Assembly (NCBI GenBank): GCA_938031185.1
Contig: CALHGX010000009.1
Coordinates: 106,837-170,836, forward strand
DNA length: 64,000 nucleotides
Reading direction: 5' to 3'
From: an uncultured bacterium
GTDB taxonomy: Bacteria; Verrucomicrobiota; Kiritimatiellia; CAIKKV01; CALHGX01
The translations under genes were made by a program, and so were the position numbers. Below are positions 1-9,274 of this stretch, in pieces (position 1 is the first letter of the stretch; the number at the start of each line of letters is the position of its first letter). The notes below the pieces were generated by a model, which saw only the letters and a program-made list of their open reading frames with translations, did no database searches and was not told the DNA's origin.

Positions 1-569
1 GGCACCCGCTGCACACGGTGAACACCCGATTCGTACCGAAGCACACCATAGGCGCCTTCGCCTTCCACCAAGCAAACAACCTCCTTGTACCCGCCGGTCG
101 CCGAGGGACTGGCGTCTATCATGCCAACGCGCCACCCGCGACCCTCGCAGTACCGCGAGTACATACGGAAGAGATCGGCGGCAAAAAGGGCCGCCTCTTC
201 TCCTCCCGTGCCCGCGCGAATCTCCAGAATCGTGTTCCGCTCCTCTTCGGGATCCGACGGCAGCATCTCCATGAGCAGCTGACGCTCAAGCCGGGGAACA
301 GTCTCCTCCAAACCGCGCAAATCCTCTGTCGCCAACGCCTTGAGATCAGGATCGGTATCCGGCGCGGCGGCCAGCGCCCGACTCTCCTCCAGCGCTCGGC
401 GCTGTTGCTCATATTCCGCTGCCCGATCAAGCAGGCGGCGCAAACGGGCATGCTCCCGCCCCAACTCTCCATAGCGTCGCGGATTGCCCGCAAGGCCAGG
501 ATCGCCGATCTGCCGTTCCACCTCGGCGAGGCGATCTTGGAGTCGCTTGAAATATGCCGGGTCCAGCAT
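1..569 (-). CDS. prfA: Peptide chain release factor 1 (5' part; runs off window start)
   Basis: Manual translation from ATG at 569: [10 protein letters not shown]...[26 protein letters not shown]...GGYKEVV...[13 protein letters not shown]; not in ORF track because no stop lies in the window. Confidence 0.96.
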   Translation of the reverse strand, partial: MLDPAYFKRLQDRLAEVERQIGDPGLAGNPRRYGELGREHARLRRLLDRAAEYEQQRRALEESRALAAAPDTDPDLKALATEDLRGLEETVPRLERQLLMEMLPSDPEEERNTILEIRAGTGGEEAALFAADLFRMYSRYCEGRGWRVGMIDASPSATGGYKEVVCLVEGEGAYGVLRYESGVHRVQRV

Positions 570-577
570 GGAAACGC

Positions 578-612
578 AAAAAAGGGCCGACCCACCACAG
601 GAGCCGGCCCTT
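578..612 (-). terminator. Intrinsic terminator-like hairpin downstream of rpmE
   Basis: Minus strand AAGGGCCGGCTC-ctgtggt-GGGTCGGCCCTT (12-bp stem with 2 G-U pairs) running into a U-tract (6 U in total). Confidence 0.7.
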
Positions 613-626
613 CCGTACAATCCGTT

Positions 627-827
627 CTACTTGCGCGCGTAGCGCTTGCGGAACTGCTCGACGCGTCCGCGGCTGTCCACCAGCGTGGAGCGTCCGGTAT
701 AAAAAGGATGACAAACCGAACACGCGTTCACATGCATGTTCCGGCCGGTGGAACGAACCTTGACCACCGAGCCGCAGGCGCACGTGATCGTCGTCTCGCC
801 ATATGCGGGATGAATGTCTTTTTTCAT
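627..827 (-). CDS. rpmE: 50S ribosomal protein L31, type A (zinc-binding)
   Basis: MKKDIHPAY...CACG...CSVCHPFYTG...GRVEQFRKRY; 66 aa; CxC and CxxC retained. Confidence 0.97.
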   Translation of the reverse strand: MKKDIHPAYGETTITCACGSVVKVRSTGRNMHVNACSVCHPFYTGRSTLVDSRGRVEQFRKRYARK

Positions 828-854
828 GTGCCTCTGCCTCTCTCTGTGTCCTGT

Positions 855-884
855 CTTATACATCATGACGGAAATCCCGTGCAA
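855..884 (-). promoter_or_regulatory. Possible sigma70 promoter of rpmE
   Basis: TTGCAC-18 nt-TATAAG on minus strand upstream of rpmE. Confidence 0.35.
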
Positions 885-1070
885 GCACGCTCTTCGGTCT
901 CTCCAACGCGGGATCAGGAGCGTGGAACATCCCGCCAACTCTATGGCCACGCGGAACGCTTCTGACCGCAGAAATAAGGTCAACCGTTGCAGAGACTATT
1001 CCCCTATGAGATCATCGTCTCGGTGAATCAGTGTCGTTCTCAGGAAGTGCTTCGCGAGCTACAGCCGCGA

Positions 1071-1730
1071 ATGGAGTCCCCATCAATGGTCAGCTTGGTC
1101 CTCGCGTCCGCCTCCCAAGGACGCGCCAATCTCCTCCGCGCAGCCGGCTATGACTTTGTGCAGCAACCGTCCAACGCCCCAGAACCGTCTCTTCCTCAGG
1201 GAGTCTCCGTTCGAAACCACCTTCTGAATCTGGCTCGCATGAAGGCGCTCGCGGTTGCGAGACAACACCCAAGCGCCTTTGTGATCGGTGCCGACACTTC
1301 CGTTCATGTCGGCCGCCGCCTTTTCGGCAAACCCGGCACGTTGCGCGCCGCCCGGCAGATGCTGTCATTCCTGGCCGGTCGCAGTCACGAAATCACCACC
1401 GCGCTTTGCGTCGTTGGGCCCGGCCGGCCCGGTTGCCGCCGCCGCGTGGCCTGTGCCACGGAAACCGCCCGCGTGACCCTCCGCCGATGCTCCCACGAAG
1501 AGATCCGCCGGCATGTCGCAGTCGTGAAGCCAACCGAATGTGCGGGCGCCTATGCGTTGCAGGGGCCAGGCGCCGCCATCGTGCGCCGTGTGGAAGGCGA
1601 TCCTTCCACGGTGATTGGGTTGCCCTTGGAGTCGCTGGCCCGCCTCTTGAAGCGGCTCGGCTATCGGCCTGCCCAGCGCTTCAGCTCTCGCGAATCTCGG
1701 CCGCCAATTCGTCGCGCAAAACCTTTTTGA
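1071..1730 (+). CDS. maf: Maf family nucleoside triphosphate pyrophosphatase
   Basis: LVLASAS..R, A..KA, VIGADT, FGKPG, AGAYALQG, VIGLP motifs; start at 1071 or 1086. Confidence 0.9.
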   Translation: MESPSMVSLVLASASQGRANLLRAAGYDFVQQPSNAPEPSLPQGVSVRNHLLNLARMKALAVARQHPSAFVIGADTSVHVGRRLFGKPGTLRAARQMLSFLAGRSHEITTALCVVGPGRPGCRRRVACATETARVTLRRCSHEEIRRHVAVVKPTECAGAYALQGPGAAIVRRVEGDPSTVIGLPLESLARLLKRLGYRPAQRFSSRESRPPIRRAKPF

Positions 1731-4116
1731 TCGCCTCGTGAAGCCGGTTGACCGCCTCATCGGTCAAGGTCTTCTCCCGCGAACGATATGTCATGGAGTA
1801 AGCCATGCTCTTGCGCCCCGGACCAAGACGCTCATGCTCGAACACATCGAACAGCCGAACATCAGCCAATTCCGGCGGCGCCGCGCGCTGGATTACTCGC
1901 AGCACCGCTTCATGGGTCACGGTCTGGTTGACCACCATGGCCACGTCACGATCCACGGCCGGATACACGCTCGGGGTCCGCCCCACCGGAATATCGAATA
2001 CGCGCTGCGAGACCATATCGGTCAACAGCTCCATCACGCTCACGGGATCGGCTAGCCGCCACTCTTCGCGCACCCGCCCCGCCACCAGGCCCAGCCGGCC
2101 GCAGGGCTTGTCCCCCAGCCACACGCGGGCGCCAAATCCAGGCTCAAAGAAGAGATCGTCCGCCGGTTCGAGGCGTAAACCGTCCGCTTTGTACGGCCAT
2201 GCTCCCGGCACGCCAATTCCCAACGCATCGGTCACCGCCGCCAACAGCCCTTTGATCCAAAGAAACATCTCCACGGGACTCGGCGCAGCACGCCGAATTG
2301 GGTCGGAGCTGCCAATTGGCCCCATTAAGCCGACGCACAAACGTTCCTCTTCTGTCGGACGGCCCTCCTCGTTAAGAAAGAACGCGCGCCCCATCTCGAA
2401 TAAGGCCGCCCGATCCGCCTGCCGCGCCCGGTTTCGTCCAAGCGTTTCCACCACCTGCGGAATCAGTGAATCGCGAAGCAGGGCATGGTCTGCCGTCAAC
2501 GGGTTCGGCAGACGCACCCTCTTTTCCGCCGGCCCCACACTTATCAGGTCCGCCAGTCGATCGGATATGAAGCTGTAGTTGACGATCTCTGTAAGGCCCA
2601 ATCCGCGAAGCCGTTCGCGGCACACCTGACGGCGGCGAATGACCGTGTCATCCGCGTCGGTCACCAAACGAGCCTGTGGATCGGCGGCTGGAACCGCATC
2701 CAAGCCGTGCACGCGGGCCACTTCCTCGATCAGGTCTGCCTCCTGCTCCAAGTCCACTCGAAATGTGGGCGCTTGCACGACACATTGTTCGTTGTCCCGC
2801 TCCACAACAGGCAACTGAAGGCGTTCGAAGATGGCCGTCATTTCTTCGTTCGGCAGCTCCACACCCAGCAGTTGTCTTGCCCGCGCAAACCGCATCCGAA
2901 CCCGCCGTGGAACGGGCGGCTTTCTGAACACATCAATCACACCGCGCGCCAGAATGCCACCGGAGCAGGCGGCCATCAGCGATGCCGCCCGCCGGCTGGC
3001 CCACTCGATACCGCCAATATCCACCCCGCGTTCAAAGCGATATGACGATTCGCTTGACAGGCCCATCCGTTTCGCCGTTCGGCGTATGTCCGACGCCGAA
3101 AAGCATGCGCTTTCCAACAGCACATTTTGCGTGCTTTCCGTGATGCCGCTGCTCTCGCCGCCCATGATACCCGCCACCGCCACGGGATGCGCGGCATCAC
3201 TAATCACCAGCATCTCCGGTGCCAGTTTGTGCTCCCTGCCATCCAGCGTCATCAGGCGCTCTGCGGCACGCGCCCGCCGCACCACAATCCGTCGCTCCGC
3301 CAGACAATCCAGGTCGAACGCATGCAGAGGCTGCCCGCACTCCAGCATGACGTAGTTGGTGACATCCACAATGTTGTTGATCGGCCGCACGCCAGCCCAC
3401 GTCAGCCGCTGGCGCATCCAGCGCGGAGCCGGTCCCACCGTGGCCCCTTCCAGCAATCGCGCGGTGTATCGCGGACATCCTTCCGGATCCTCGACGTCCA
3501 CTCGGGTCTTTTCGCCAATCGGCCCGCCGCGTTCCTCGAGCGGTATTTCCGGCCACCGCAATGAGCCGCCCAGCAGCGCCGCCACCTCCCGCGCCACCCC
3601 GATCATCGAGAGACAATCCGGCCGATTCGGGGTGACCTCGATTTCCAACACCGTTTCCTGGGGGCCCGCAATGTCGGCAAACGGCGTGCCCGGCTGTACA
3701 TCGCGCGGCAGCACCAAAATGCCGTCATGTCGGTCGCCCAAACCGAGCTCGTCCTCGGCACAGAGCATTCCGTCCGACCGCTCTCCGCGAATGACGGCCG
3801 ACTTGATTTTCATGCCGTTTGCCAGAATGGCGCCCGGCTCGGCCAGCGGCACGCGATCGCCCGGCCCGAAGTTCGTCGCGCCGCAAACCACGCGCCGCTC
3901 TTCCCGTCCGTTGTGCACACGACAAACCACTAGCCGGTCCGCCTGCGGGTGGCGTTCCACCGCCAGGACCTCGGCGACCACAACGCCCGTATAGTCGACG
4001 CCAACGTGAGCAATCCCCTCGACTTCAAGACCGGAAAAGGTCAGCCGGTCGGCCAGTTCGGCCGCCGAAACCGGCACGTCCACGTATTCCTTCAACCAGC
4101 TTAATGGGACTTTCAT
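1681..4116 (-). CDS. pheT: Phenylalanine-tRNA ligase beta subunit
   Basis: MKVPLSWLKEY, TPNRPDCLS, SYRFERGVD, EADLIEEVAR, C-terminal FDX-ACB; 811 aa; start overlaps pheS stop. Confidence 0.98.
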   Translation of the reverse strand: MKVPLSWLKEYVDVPVSAAELADRLTFSGLEVEGIAHVGVDYTGVVVAEVLAVERHPQADRLVVCRVHNGREERRVVCGATNFGPGDRVPLAEPGAILANGMKIKSAVIRGERSDGMLCAEDELGLGDRHDGILVLPRDVQPGTPFADIAGPQETVLEIEVTPNRPDCLSMIGVAREVAALLGGSLRWPEIPLEERGGPIGEKTRVDVEDPEGCPRYTARLLEGATVGPAPRWMRQRLTWAGVRPINNIVDVTNYVMLECGQPLHAFDLDCLAERRIVVRRARAAERLMTLDGREHKLAPEMLVISDAAHPVAVAGIMGGESSGITESTQNVLLESACFSASDIRRTAKRMGLSSESSYRFERGVDIGGIEWASRRAASLMAACSGGILARGVIDVFRKPPVPRRVRMRFARARQLLGVELPNEEMTAIFERLQLPVVERDNEQCVVQAPTFRVDLEQEADLIEEVARVHGLDAVPAADPQARLVTDADDTVIRRRQVCRERLRGLGLTEIVNYSFISDRLADLISVGPAEKRVRLPNPLTADHALLRDSLIPQVVETLGRNRARQADRAALFEMGRAFFLNEEGRPTEEERLCVGLMGPIGSSDPIRRAAPSPVEMFLWIKGLLAAVTDALGIGVPGAWPYKADGLRLEPADDLFFEPGFGARVWLGDKPCGRLGLVAGRVREEWRLADPVSVMELLTDMVSQRVFDIPVGRTPSVYPAVDRDVAMVVNQTVTHEAVLRVIQRAAPPELADVRLFDVFEHERLGPGRKSMAYSMTYRSREKTLTDEAVNRLHEAIKKVLRDELAAEIRES

Positions 4117-5132
4117 GCGCCGAACTGCTCCAGAAAGCGGATGTCGTTATCGTAGAGCAAACGAATATCCTCGATGCCGAACTTGATCATGGCAATGCGC
4201 TCGACGCCCATACCGAAGGCATAGCCCGTCACGGTTTCCGGATCGTAGCCCACCTGCCTGAGCACCTTGGGATTGACCATCCCTGCGCCCGAAATCTCAA
4301 TCCAGCCGCTTTGCTTGCAAACGCGACACCCTTTCCCGCCGCAGACATGGCAGGAGAAGTCATACTCCAAACTCGGCTCAGTGAAGGGGAAATAGTGCGG
4401 CCGAAACCGCACGCGAACGTCCGGCCCCATCAGATGACGGGCAAAGTATGTGAGGTCGCCCTTCAGTTGCGCCAGCGACACCGCGCGATCCACGTATAGG
4501 CCTTCAATTTGATGAAAATTAGCACTATGGGTCGCATCCACCGTGTCGCGCCGATAACAGCGCCCGGGGGCGATGATCCGGATCGGCGGCCGTCGGCTTT
4601 CCATGACGCGAATTTGAACTGGCGAGGTTTGCGTCCGAAGCAGCGAGCCGTCTTCGAGCCAAAAAGTGTCCTGAATGTCCCGCGAGGGATGATCCGCTGG
4701 CGTATTCAACGCATCGAAGTTGTGATACTCCGTTTCGATGTCCGGACCGTCGGCAACTGTGAACCCCATCCGGAAAAAAATATCCGTTACCTCTTCAATG
4801 ATGCGGCTGATGGGGTGCCGCCGACCATAGCCACGCCACGCTCCCGGGCGACTCACGTCGAATCCCGTTTGGCCGGCGACTGTTCGGTTTGCCAGCACTT
4901 GCTTGCGCTCTTGAATGAGCGCCGTGAGGGCTTCTTTCAGATCGTTGGCGTACCGGCCGGCCTCGGGCCGTTCGGTGGGGGGCAGATCCTTCAGCCCCTG
5001 CATGACTTCCGGCAAAAGCCCCCTGCGCCCCAGATAGCGAACCCGCACAGCCTCGAGCGCTTCAATGGTCGCCGCCTGCCGGGCCTCGGCCAACGCCGCC
5101 TCTTGAAGCAACTGGATATCCCTGGGTTTCAT
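4113..5132 (-). CDS. pheS: Phenylalanine-tRNA ligase alpha subunit
   Basis: NFDALN..DHPSRD.QDTF, LRTQTSPVQ, FHQIEG, YFPFTEPS, GYAFGMGVER. Confidence 0.98.
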   Translation of the reverse strand: MKPRDIQLLQEAALAEARQAATIEALEAVRVRYLGRRGLLPEVMQGLKDLPPTERPEAGRYANDLKEALTALIQERKQVLANRTVAGQTGFDVSRPGAWRGYGRRHPISRIIEEVTDIFFRMGFTVADGPDIETEYHNFDALNTPADHPSRDIQDTFWLEDGSLLRTQTSPVQIRVMESRRPPIRIIAPGRCYRRDTVDATHSANFHQIEGLYVDRAVSLAQLKGDLTYFARHLMGPDVRVRFRPHYFPFTEPSLEYDFSCHVCGGKGCRVCKQSGWIEISGAGMVNPKVLRQVGYDPETVTGYAFGMGVERIAMIKFGIEDIRLLYDNDIRFLEQFGA

Positions 5133-5184
5133 GGGCCGGCGCCGAGCACGCCGTCACGCTCCCCCGCATCGGCCGGCGCAGCGA

Positions 5185-5541
5185 TCAGGCTAAAGCAGCC
5201 TTTGCCTGCTCCACCACGCGTGTAAACCCGTCGGGATCACGCACGGCAATTTCCGCCAACATCTTGCGGTTCAATTTGATGCCGGCTTTACGCAGCCCCT
5301 CGGAAAAACGGCTATAGCTGAGATTCCGCATGCGGCATGCGGCCGACACTCTCAAAATCCACAATCCGCGGAATTCCTGCTTTCGCAACTTGCGGTGCTT
5401 GTACGCTAGGACCATGGCCCGGTCCACGGCTTCCGTCGCCTGACGGAACAACTTGCTCCGCGATCCGCGAAATCCTTTGGCCAGTTGCAGCCGGCGTTTC
5501 CGACGCTTGCGTGAAGCCGGCGCATTGGTTGCTCTGGGCAT
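5185..5541 (-). CDS. rplT: 50S ribosomal protein L20
   Basis: LAKGFRGSRS, FRGLWILRVSAA, LNRKMLAEIA; 118 aa. Confidence 0.97.
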   Translation of the reverse strand: MPRATNAPASRKRRKRRLQLAKGFRGSRSKLFRQATEAVDRAMVLAYKHRKLRKQEFRGLWILRVSAACRMRNLSYSRFSEGLRKAGIKLNRKMLAEIAVRDPDGFTRVVEQAKAALA

Positions 5542-5561
5542 ATCCCCTACCCCTTTCCGTT

Positions 5562-5750
5562 CTACAATAGGGCCTTCAATCTTTTCTGATCAGCATGGCC
5601 GACGGTGGCCCCCCGCCGCAGCCGCCGCTTGCGCTTGGCCGATTTGCAGCTCAAAAGATGCCCCTTGCCCGGGCGCGCAAACACCAGCTTGCCGCCCGCG
5701 GTCACTTTGACCCGCTTGCTGAACGACTTCCTTGTTTTCTTTTTCGGCAT
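5562..5750 (-). CDS. rpmI: 50S ribosomal protein L35
   Basis: MPKKKTRKSFSKRVKVTAGGK...HLLSCKSAKRKRRLR; GGAGG SD upstream; lies between infC and rplT. Confidence 0.96.
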   Translation of the reverse strand: MPKKKTRKSFSKRVKVTAGGKLVFARPGKGHLLSCKSAKRKRRLRRGATVGHADQKRLKALL

Positions 5751-5909
5751 CGTGCCAACCTCCCGCGATTCCGCGGCCTCCAACGGATCCCGGCGCGAAA
5801 AAAGGGGGAACCTTACACCGCCGCCCTTAGTCCGTCCAGCGCTTTCTTACATTGCGCCCGATCGGCCCCCGCCGATTCCTCCGCGGGACTGTGGAAGCCG
5901 GATGTCCCT

Positions 5910-6545
5910 TCAGGCCGTCACCGGCGGCGACGGACTAGCGGGTACGGGTGCCGGCGCCGCCGTGGCGGCGACCGGCTTTGGCGCGGTCGGCGCCTGTGCG
6001 GCACTGCTGGCCCCGTGCCCACCGCTGCGACCCGAACGGGGCGTTAGCACCATCACAATGCTGTTGCCAATCAACTTAGGCAACATGTCGGGAGCGCCAA
6101 CATCGGACGCATCCTTGAGCACCCGGTTCATCACTTCGAACCCGATCTCGCGGTGCGCGTTCTCCCGTCCCCGGAAGTACAGGGACGCTTTCACCTTCAA
6201 TCCGTCCGCCAAAAACTCCCGAATGTGTCGCACCTTGGTTTGATAGTCATGGTCCCCCACGTTCGCATGGAACTTGATTTCCTTCATCGCGGCAGATTGC
6301 TGCTTCTTGCGCGCCTCACGTTCCTTGCGGCTGATCTCGTACTTGTACTTGCCGTAATCCATGATCCGGCAAACCGGCGGATCGGCGTTGGGGGAAATCT
6401 CTACCAAATCCAGATTCTGCTGGCGGGCCCTGTTCAACGCCTCGCTGATCGAAATGACCCCCAGCATGTTGCCCGCCGCATCAATGCAACGGACCTGCGG
6501 TACGCGAATCTTGTGGTTCACACGGATGAACGTACGAATGCTGAT
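5910..6545 (-). CDS. infC: Translation initiation factor IF-3 (probable non-AUG start, ATC at 6545 or ATT at 6548)
   Basis: NHKIRVPQVRCI, LDLVEISPNADPPVCRIMDYGKYKYE, KEIKF, FRGRE; AGGAGG at 6552-6557 precedes in-frame ATT ATC. Confidence 0.95.
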   Translation of the reverse strand: MSIRTFIRVNHKIRVPQVRCIDAAGNMLGVISISEALNRARQQNLDLVEISPNADPPVCRIMDYGKYKYEISRKEREARKKQQSAAMKEIKFHANVGDHDYQTKVRHIREFLADGLKVKASLYFRGRENAHREIGFEVMNRVLKDASDVGAPDMLPKLIGNSIVMVLTPRSGRSGGHGASSAAQAPTAPKPVAATAAPAPVPASPSPPVTA

Positions 6546-6590
6546 AATGCACCTCCTTGTTGCGGACCCCTGCGGGGCCCTTGGGTCCTT

Positions 6591-8309
6591 CTATATCCTG
6601 CCCGCGACCTCTTCTTGGAGTCGCCGCAAGAAGTCCTCCACCCCCATCGCGCCCAGGTCGCCCTTCGAGCGACATCGAACCGACACGTTGCCTGCCTCGG
6701 CTTCCCGCGCTCCCACAATAGCCATGTAGGGTACCTTTTCCAACTGCGCGTCGCGAATCTTGGCGCCCACTTTCTCCGAACGCCGGTCGACATTCACCCG
6801 CACATCCGCGGCGCGCAAACGCTCCGCCAGCGCCTCCGCCGGAGCCGCCTGCTTGTCCGTAAGGGGCAGCACCCGCACTTGCTCGGGCGCCAGCCATAAC
6901 GGGAACGCGCCTGCGTAATGCTCGACGAGCACGCCGAAAAACCGCTCCAAGCTGCCCAGCAACGCCCGATGCACCATGTAAGGGCGGTGCTCGCGCCCGT
7001 CCTCTCCCACGAACGTGAGGTCAAATCGCTCCGGCATGTTGAAGTCGAACTGCATGGTGCTCATCTGCCATTCGCGCCCAATGGCATCCCGCACGCGAAT
7101 GTCGATCTTCGGCCCGTAGAAGGCCCCGCCGCCCGCATCGGTCTTGTAAGGGATGGCCTCAGCCTGCAAGGCGCGTTCCAACGAGGCGGTGGCCTGTTCC
7201 CATCGCGCCGTCTCCCCCACCGCTTTGTCCGGACGCGTGGCCAAATACGCGCTGATCTCCGTGAAACCGAAGGCCCGCCACATGGCAAGGGCAAACCGCA
7301 CGGCCCGCTGCACTTCGGTCTCCATCTGTTCCGGCGTGCAGAAAATATGCGCGTCATCCTGCGTGAAACCACGCACCCGCAGCAGGCCATGCAGCACCCC
7401 CGCCTTCTCGTACCGATACACCGTCCCCAGCTCGGCCCATCGCAGCGGCAGGTCGCGGTACGACCTTTTCCGCGACTTGTACACCTGAATGTGGAACGGG
7501 CAGTTCATCGGCTTGACGTAGTACGAGACTTCATCAATCGCCATGGGCGCATACATGTTCTCGCGGTAGAAGCCAAGGTGCCCCGATGTCTCCCATAAGC
7601 CCGACCGTCCGATGTGCGGGGTGTAGAGCAGTTCATACCCTCCGCGAAAATGCTCGCGGCGCCAGAATTCCTCGACAATGGCCCGGATGCGCGCGCCCTT
7701 CGGATGCCAGTGAATGAGGCCGGGGCCCACATCGTCCTGCGTGCTGAACAAATCCAATTCCCGGCCCAGCTTGCGATGGTCGCGCTTTTGGGCCTCTTCG
7801 AGCTGACGAAGATGAGCGTCCAGTTCTTCCTGACTCAAGGCCGCGACGCCGTAGAGCCGCTGCAACATCGGATTGGTTTCAACGCCCCGGTAGTAGGATC
7901 CTGCCACGCTCACTAGCTTGAACGCCCGCAGATCGCTCGTTCTGGCCACGTGGGGGCCGCGGCACAAATCGGCAAAATCGCCGCAGCGGTAGATTGTAAT
8001 CGGCTCGCCCGGCCGGATGTCCGCCAGCCGTTCCAATTTGTACCGCTGTCCCCGCTCCCGGAAGAAAGCGTCCGCCTCCTCGCGGCTGACCTCAAGGCGC
8101 TCGAAAGGCAGATCCTCGGCCACGATGCGCCGCATCTCCTTCTCGATCGCTTCGAAATCCTCCGGCGCCAACCGGTGGGGCAGGTCAAAGTCGTAATAGA
8201 AACCGGTTTCGGTCGCAGGTCCTATATCGAGGAGAACCCGGTCGAAAAGCCGACTGACGGCCGCGGCCATGACGTGCGCCGTGCTATGGCGCAGGATGTC
8301 CAAATCCAA
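6591..8309 (-). CDS. thrS: Threonine-tRNA ligase (short form lacking the N-terminal TGS domain)
   Basis: LRHSTAHVMA, DLCRGPH, KRDHRKLG, KPMNCP, RVRGFTQDDAH, GAFYGPKID; TTG start with GGAGG upstream. Confidence 0.98.
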   Translation of the reverse strand: MDLDILRHSTAHVMAAAVSRLFDRVLLDIGPATETGFYYDFDLPHRLAPEDFEAIEKEMRRIVAEDLPFERLEVSREEADAFFRERGQRYKLERLADIRPGEPITIYRCGDFADLCRGPHVARTSDLRAFKLVSVAGSYYRGVETNPMLQRLYGVAALSQEELDAHLRQLEEAQKRDHRKLGRELDLFSTQDDVGPGLIHWHPKGARIRAIVEEFWRREHFRGGYELLYTPHIGRSGLWETSGHLGFYRENMYAPMAIDEVSYYVKPMNCPFHIQVYKSRKRSYRDLPLRWAELGTVYRYEKAGVLHGLLRVRGFTQDDAHIFCTPEQMETEVQRAVRFALAMWRAFGFTEISAYLATRPDKAVGETARWEQATASLERALQAEAIPYKTDAGGGAFYGPKIDIRVRDAIGREWQMSTMQFDFNMPERFDLTFVGEDGREHRPYMVHRALLGSLERFFGVLVEHYAGAFPLWLAPEQVRVLPLTDKQAAPAEALAERLRAADVRVNVDRRSEKVGAKIRDAQLEKVPYMAIVGAREAEAGNVSVRCRSKGDLGAMGVEDFLRRLQEEVAGRI

Positions 8310-8342
8310 ACTAGCCTTCCTCCCGGGGATGAATATGCCGTT

Positions 8343-8371
8343 ACCCTACTGGCGATGCTTCGATCCGTCAA
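8343..8371 (-). promoter_or_regulatory. Probable sigma70 promoter of the thrS operon
   Basis: TTGACG-17 nt-TAGGGT on minus strand. Confidence 0.45.
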
Positions 8372-8438
8372 CGCCAAAATCGGCGCCGACAACTTTTTCC
8401 TGTAACCAAGCACAGCAGGATCCAGCACGGAAAAGCCG

Positions 8439-8468
8439 TTGCGAAAGCCTGGCCTCCCGGCATAGAAT
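8439..8468 (+). promoter_or_regulatory. Probable sigma70 promoter of the SDR/ThDP/radical SAM operon (leaderless geometry)
   Basis: TTGCGA(8439-8444)-18 nt-TAGAAT(8463-8468), then 6 nt to GTG start at 8475; no SD. Confidence 0.55.
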
Positions 8469-8474
8469 GATCGA

Positions 8475-9236
8475 GTGAGCGACACCCCCCATGAGGGCTT
8501 GAACGCGGGAACAGCCCTGATTGTGGGCGCAAGCGGAGCTATCGGTTGCGCCGTGAGCGTGACCCTTCACGCAGCGGGCTTCCGCGTAGCCCTCCTTGGT
8601 CGGAATTCCGAACGATTGGCGCACGCCGCGCGGCAGGTGAATCTGTCGGCAACGCCGCCGCTCTGCACCATCTGCGACGTGACAGACCGGCCACGGATTG
8701 CCCGGGCCATCCACCCCATCCTGCAGGCCCTTGGAACCTTGGATGTGCTGGTCTTGGCGGCCGGCATCAACGTGACGGATCGAAGCATGCGCTCCCTGGA
8801 TCCGACTGACTGGGACCGCGTTCTGGCCGTCAATCTGACCGGTTCCTTCAATGTTGTGCAGGCCGTCCTGCCCCACATGCGGGAAAAGGGATCGGGAACA
8901 ATTATTCAAATCTCCTCCCTGGCGGCCATTCGCCCCAGCGCCATCGCTGGGGCGGCATACTCGGTATCGAAGGCCGGCCAGGGCGTCCTCAGTGCCTGTA
9001 TCGGCCGAGAAGAACGCGGCCGCTGCATTCGCGCGACCACGCTGTATGTCGGTGAAACGGATACCCCCCTGCTGCAAGGGCGAGCCGACCGCCCAGGGGC
9101 CCCGAATGAGGGACGCCGCCAAATGATCCTGAAGCCCGAAGACGTCGCCGCCGCGGTCCGCTACATCGCTACCCAGCCTCCGCGGCTCCGCATCCCGGAA
9201 ATGGTTCTGATCCCTTCCGTGGACGATTACGCGTAG
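8475..9236 (+). CDS. Short-chain dehydrogenase/reductase (SDR)
   Basis: TALIVGASGAIG (Rossmann), CDVTD, NLTG, ISSLAA...YSVSK (YxxxK). Confidence 0.92.
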   Translation: MSDTPHEGLNAGTALIVGASGAIGCAVSVTLHAAGFRVALLGRNSERLAHAARQVNLSATPPLCTICDVTDRPRIARAIHPILQALGTLDVLVLAAGINVTDRSMRSLDPTDWDRVLAVNLTGSFNVVQAVLPHMREKGSGTIIQISSLAAIRPSAIAGAAYSVSKAGQGVLSACIGREERGRCIRATTLYVGETDTPLLQGRADRPGAPNEGRRQMILKPEDVAAAVRYIATQPPRLRIPEMVLIPSVDDYA

Positions 9237-9274
9237 CAAGCGAGCGCGCCTGTTGCCATGCAAGGAAAGGCCCC

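Noticed and set aside
851..866. CTGTCTTATACATC resembling the Tn5 mosaic end or a Nextera adapter
   Set aside because: Needs two 2-nt gaps to match CTGTCTCTTATACACATCT and coincides with the probable rpmE -10 element
18..965. 315-aa plus-strand ORF, and many similar long antisense ORFs (e.g. 26304-27767, 37175-38446, 39480-40871, 53217-54509, 61957-63246)
   Set aside because: Antisense shadows of clearly identified genes, expected at high GC; no recognisable motifs
5751..5909. Possible L20 autoregulatory leader before rpmI (small CCGCG/CGCGG hairpin next to the SD)
   Set aside because: A known L20-binding structure cannot be confirmed by eye; a covariance-model search is needed
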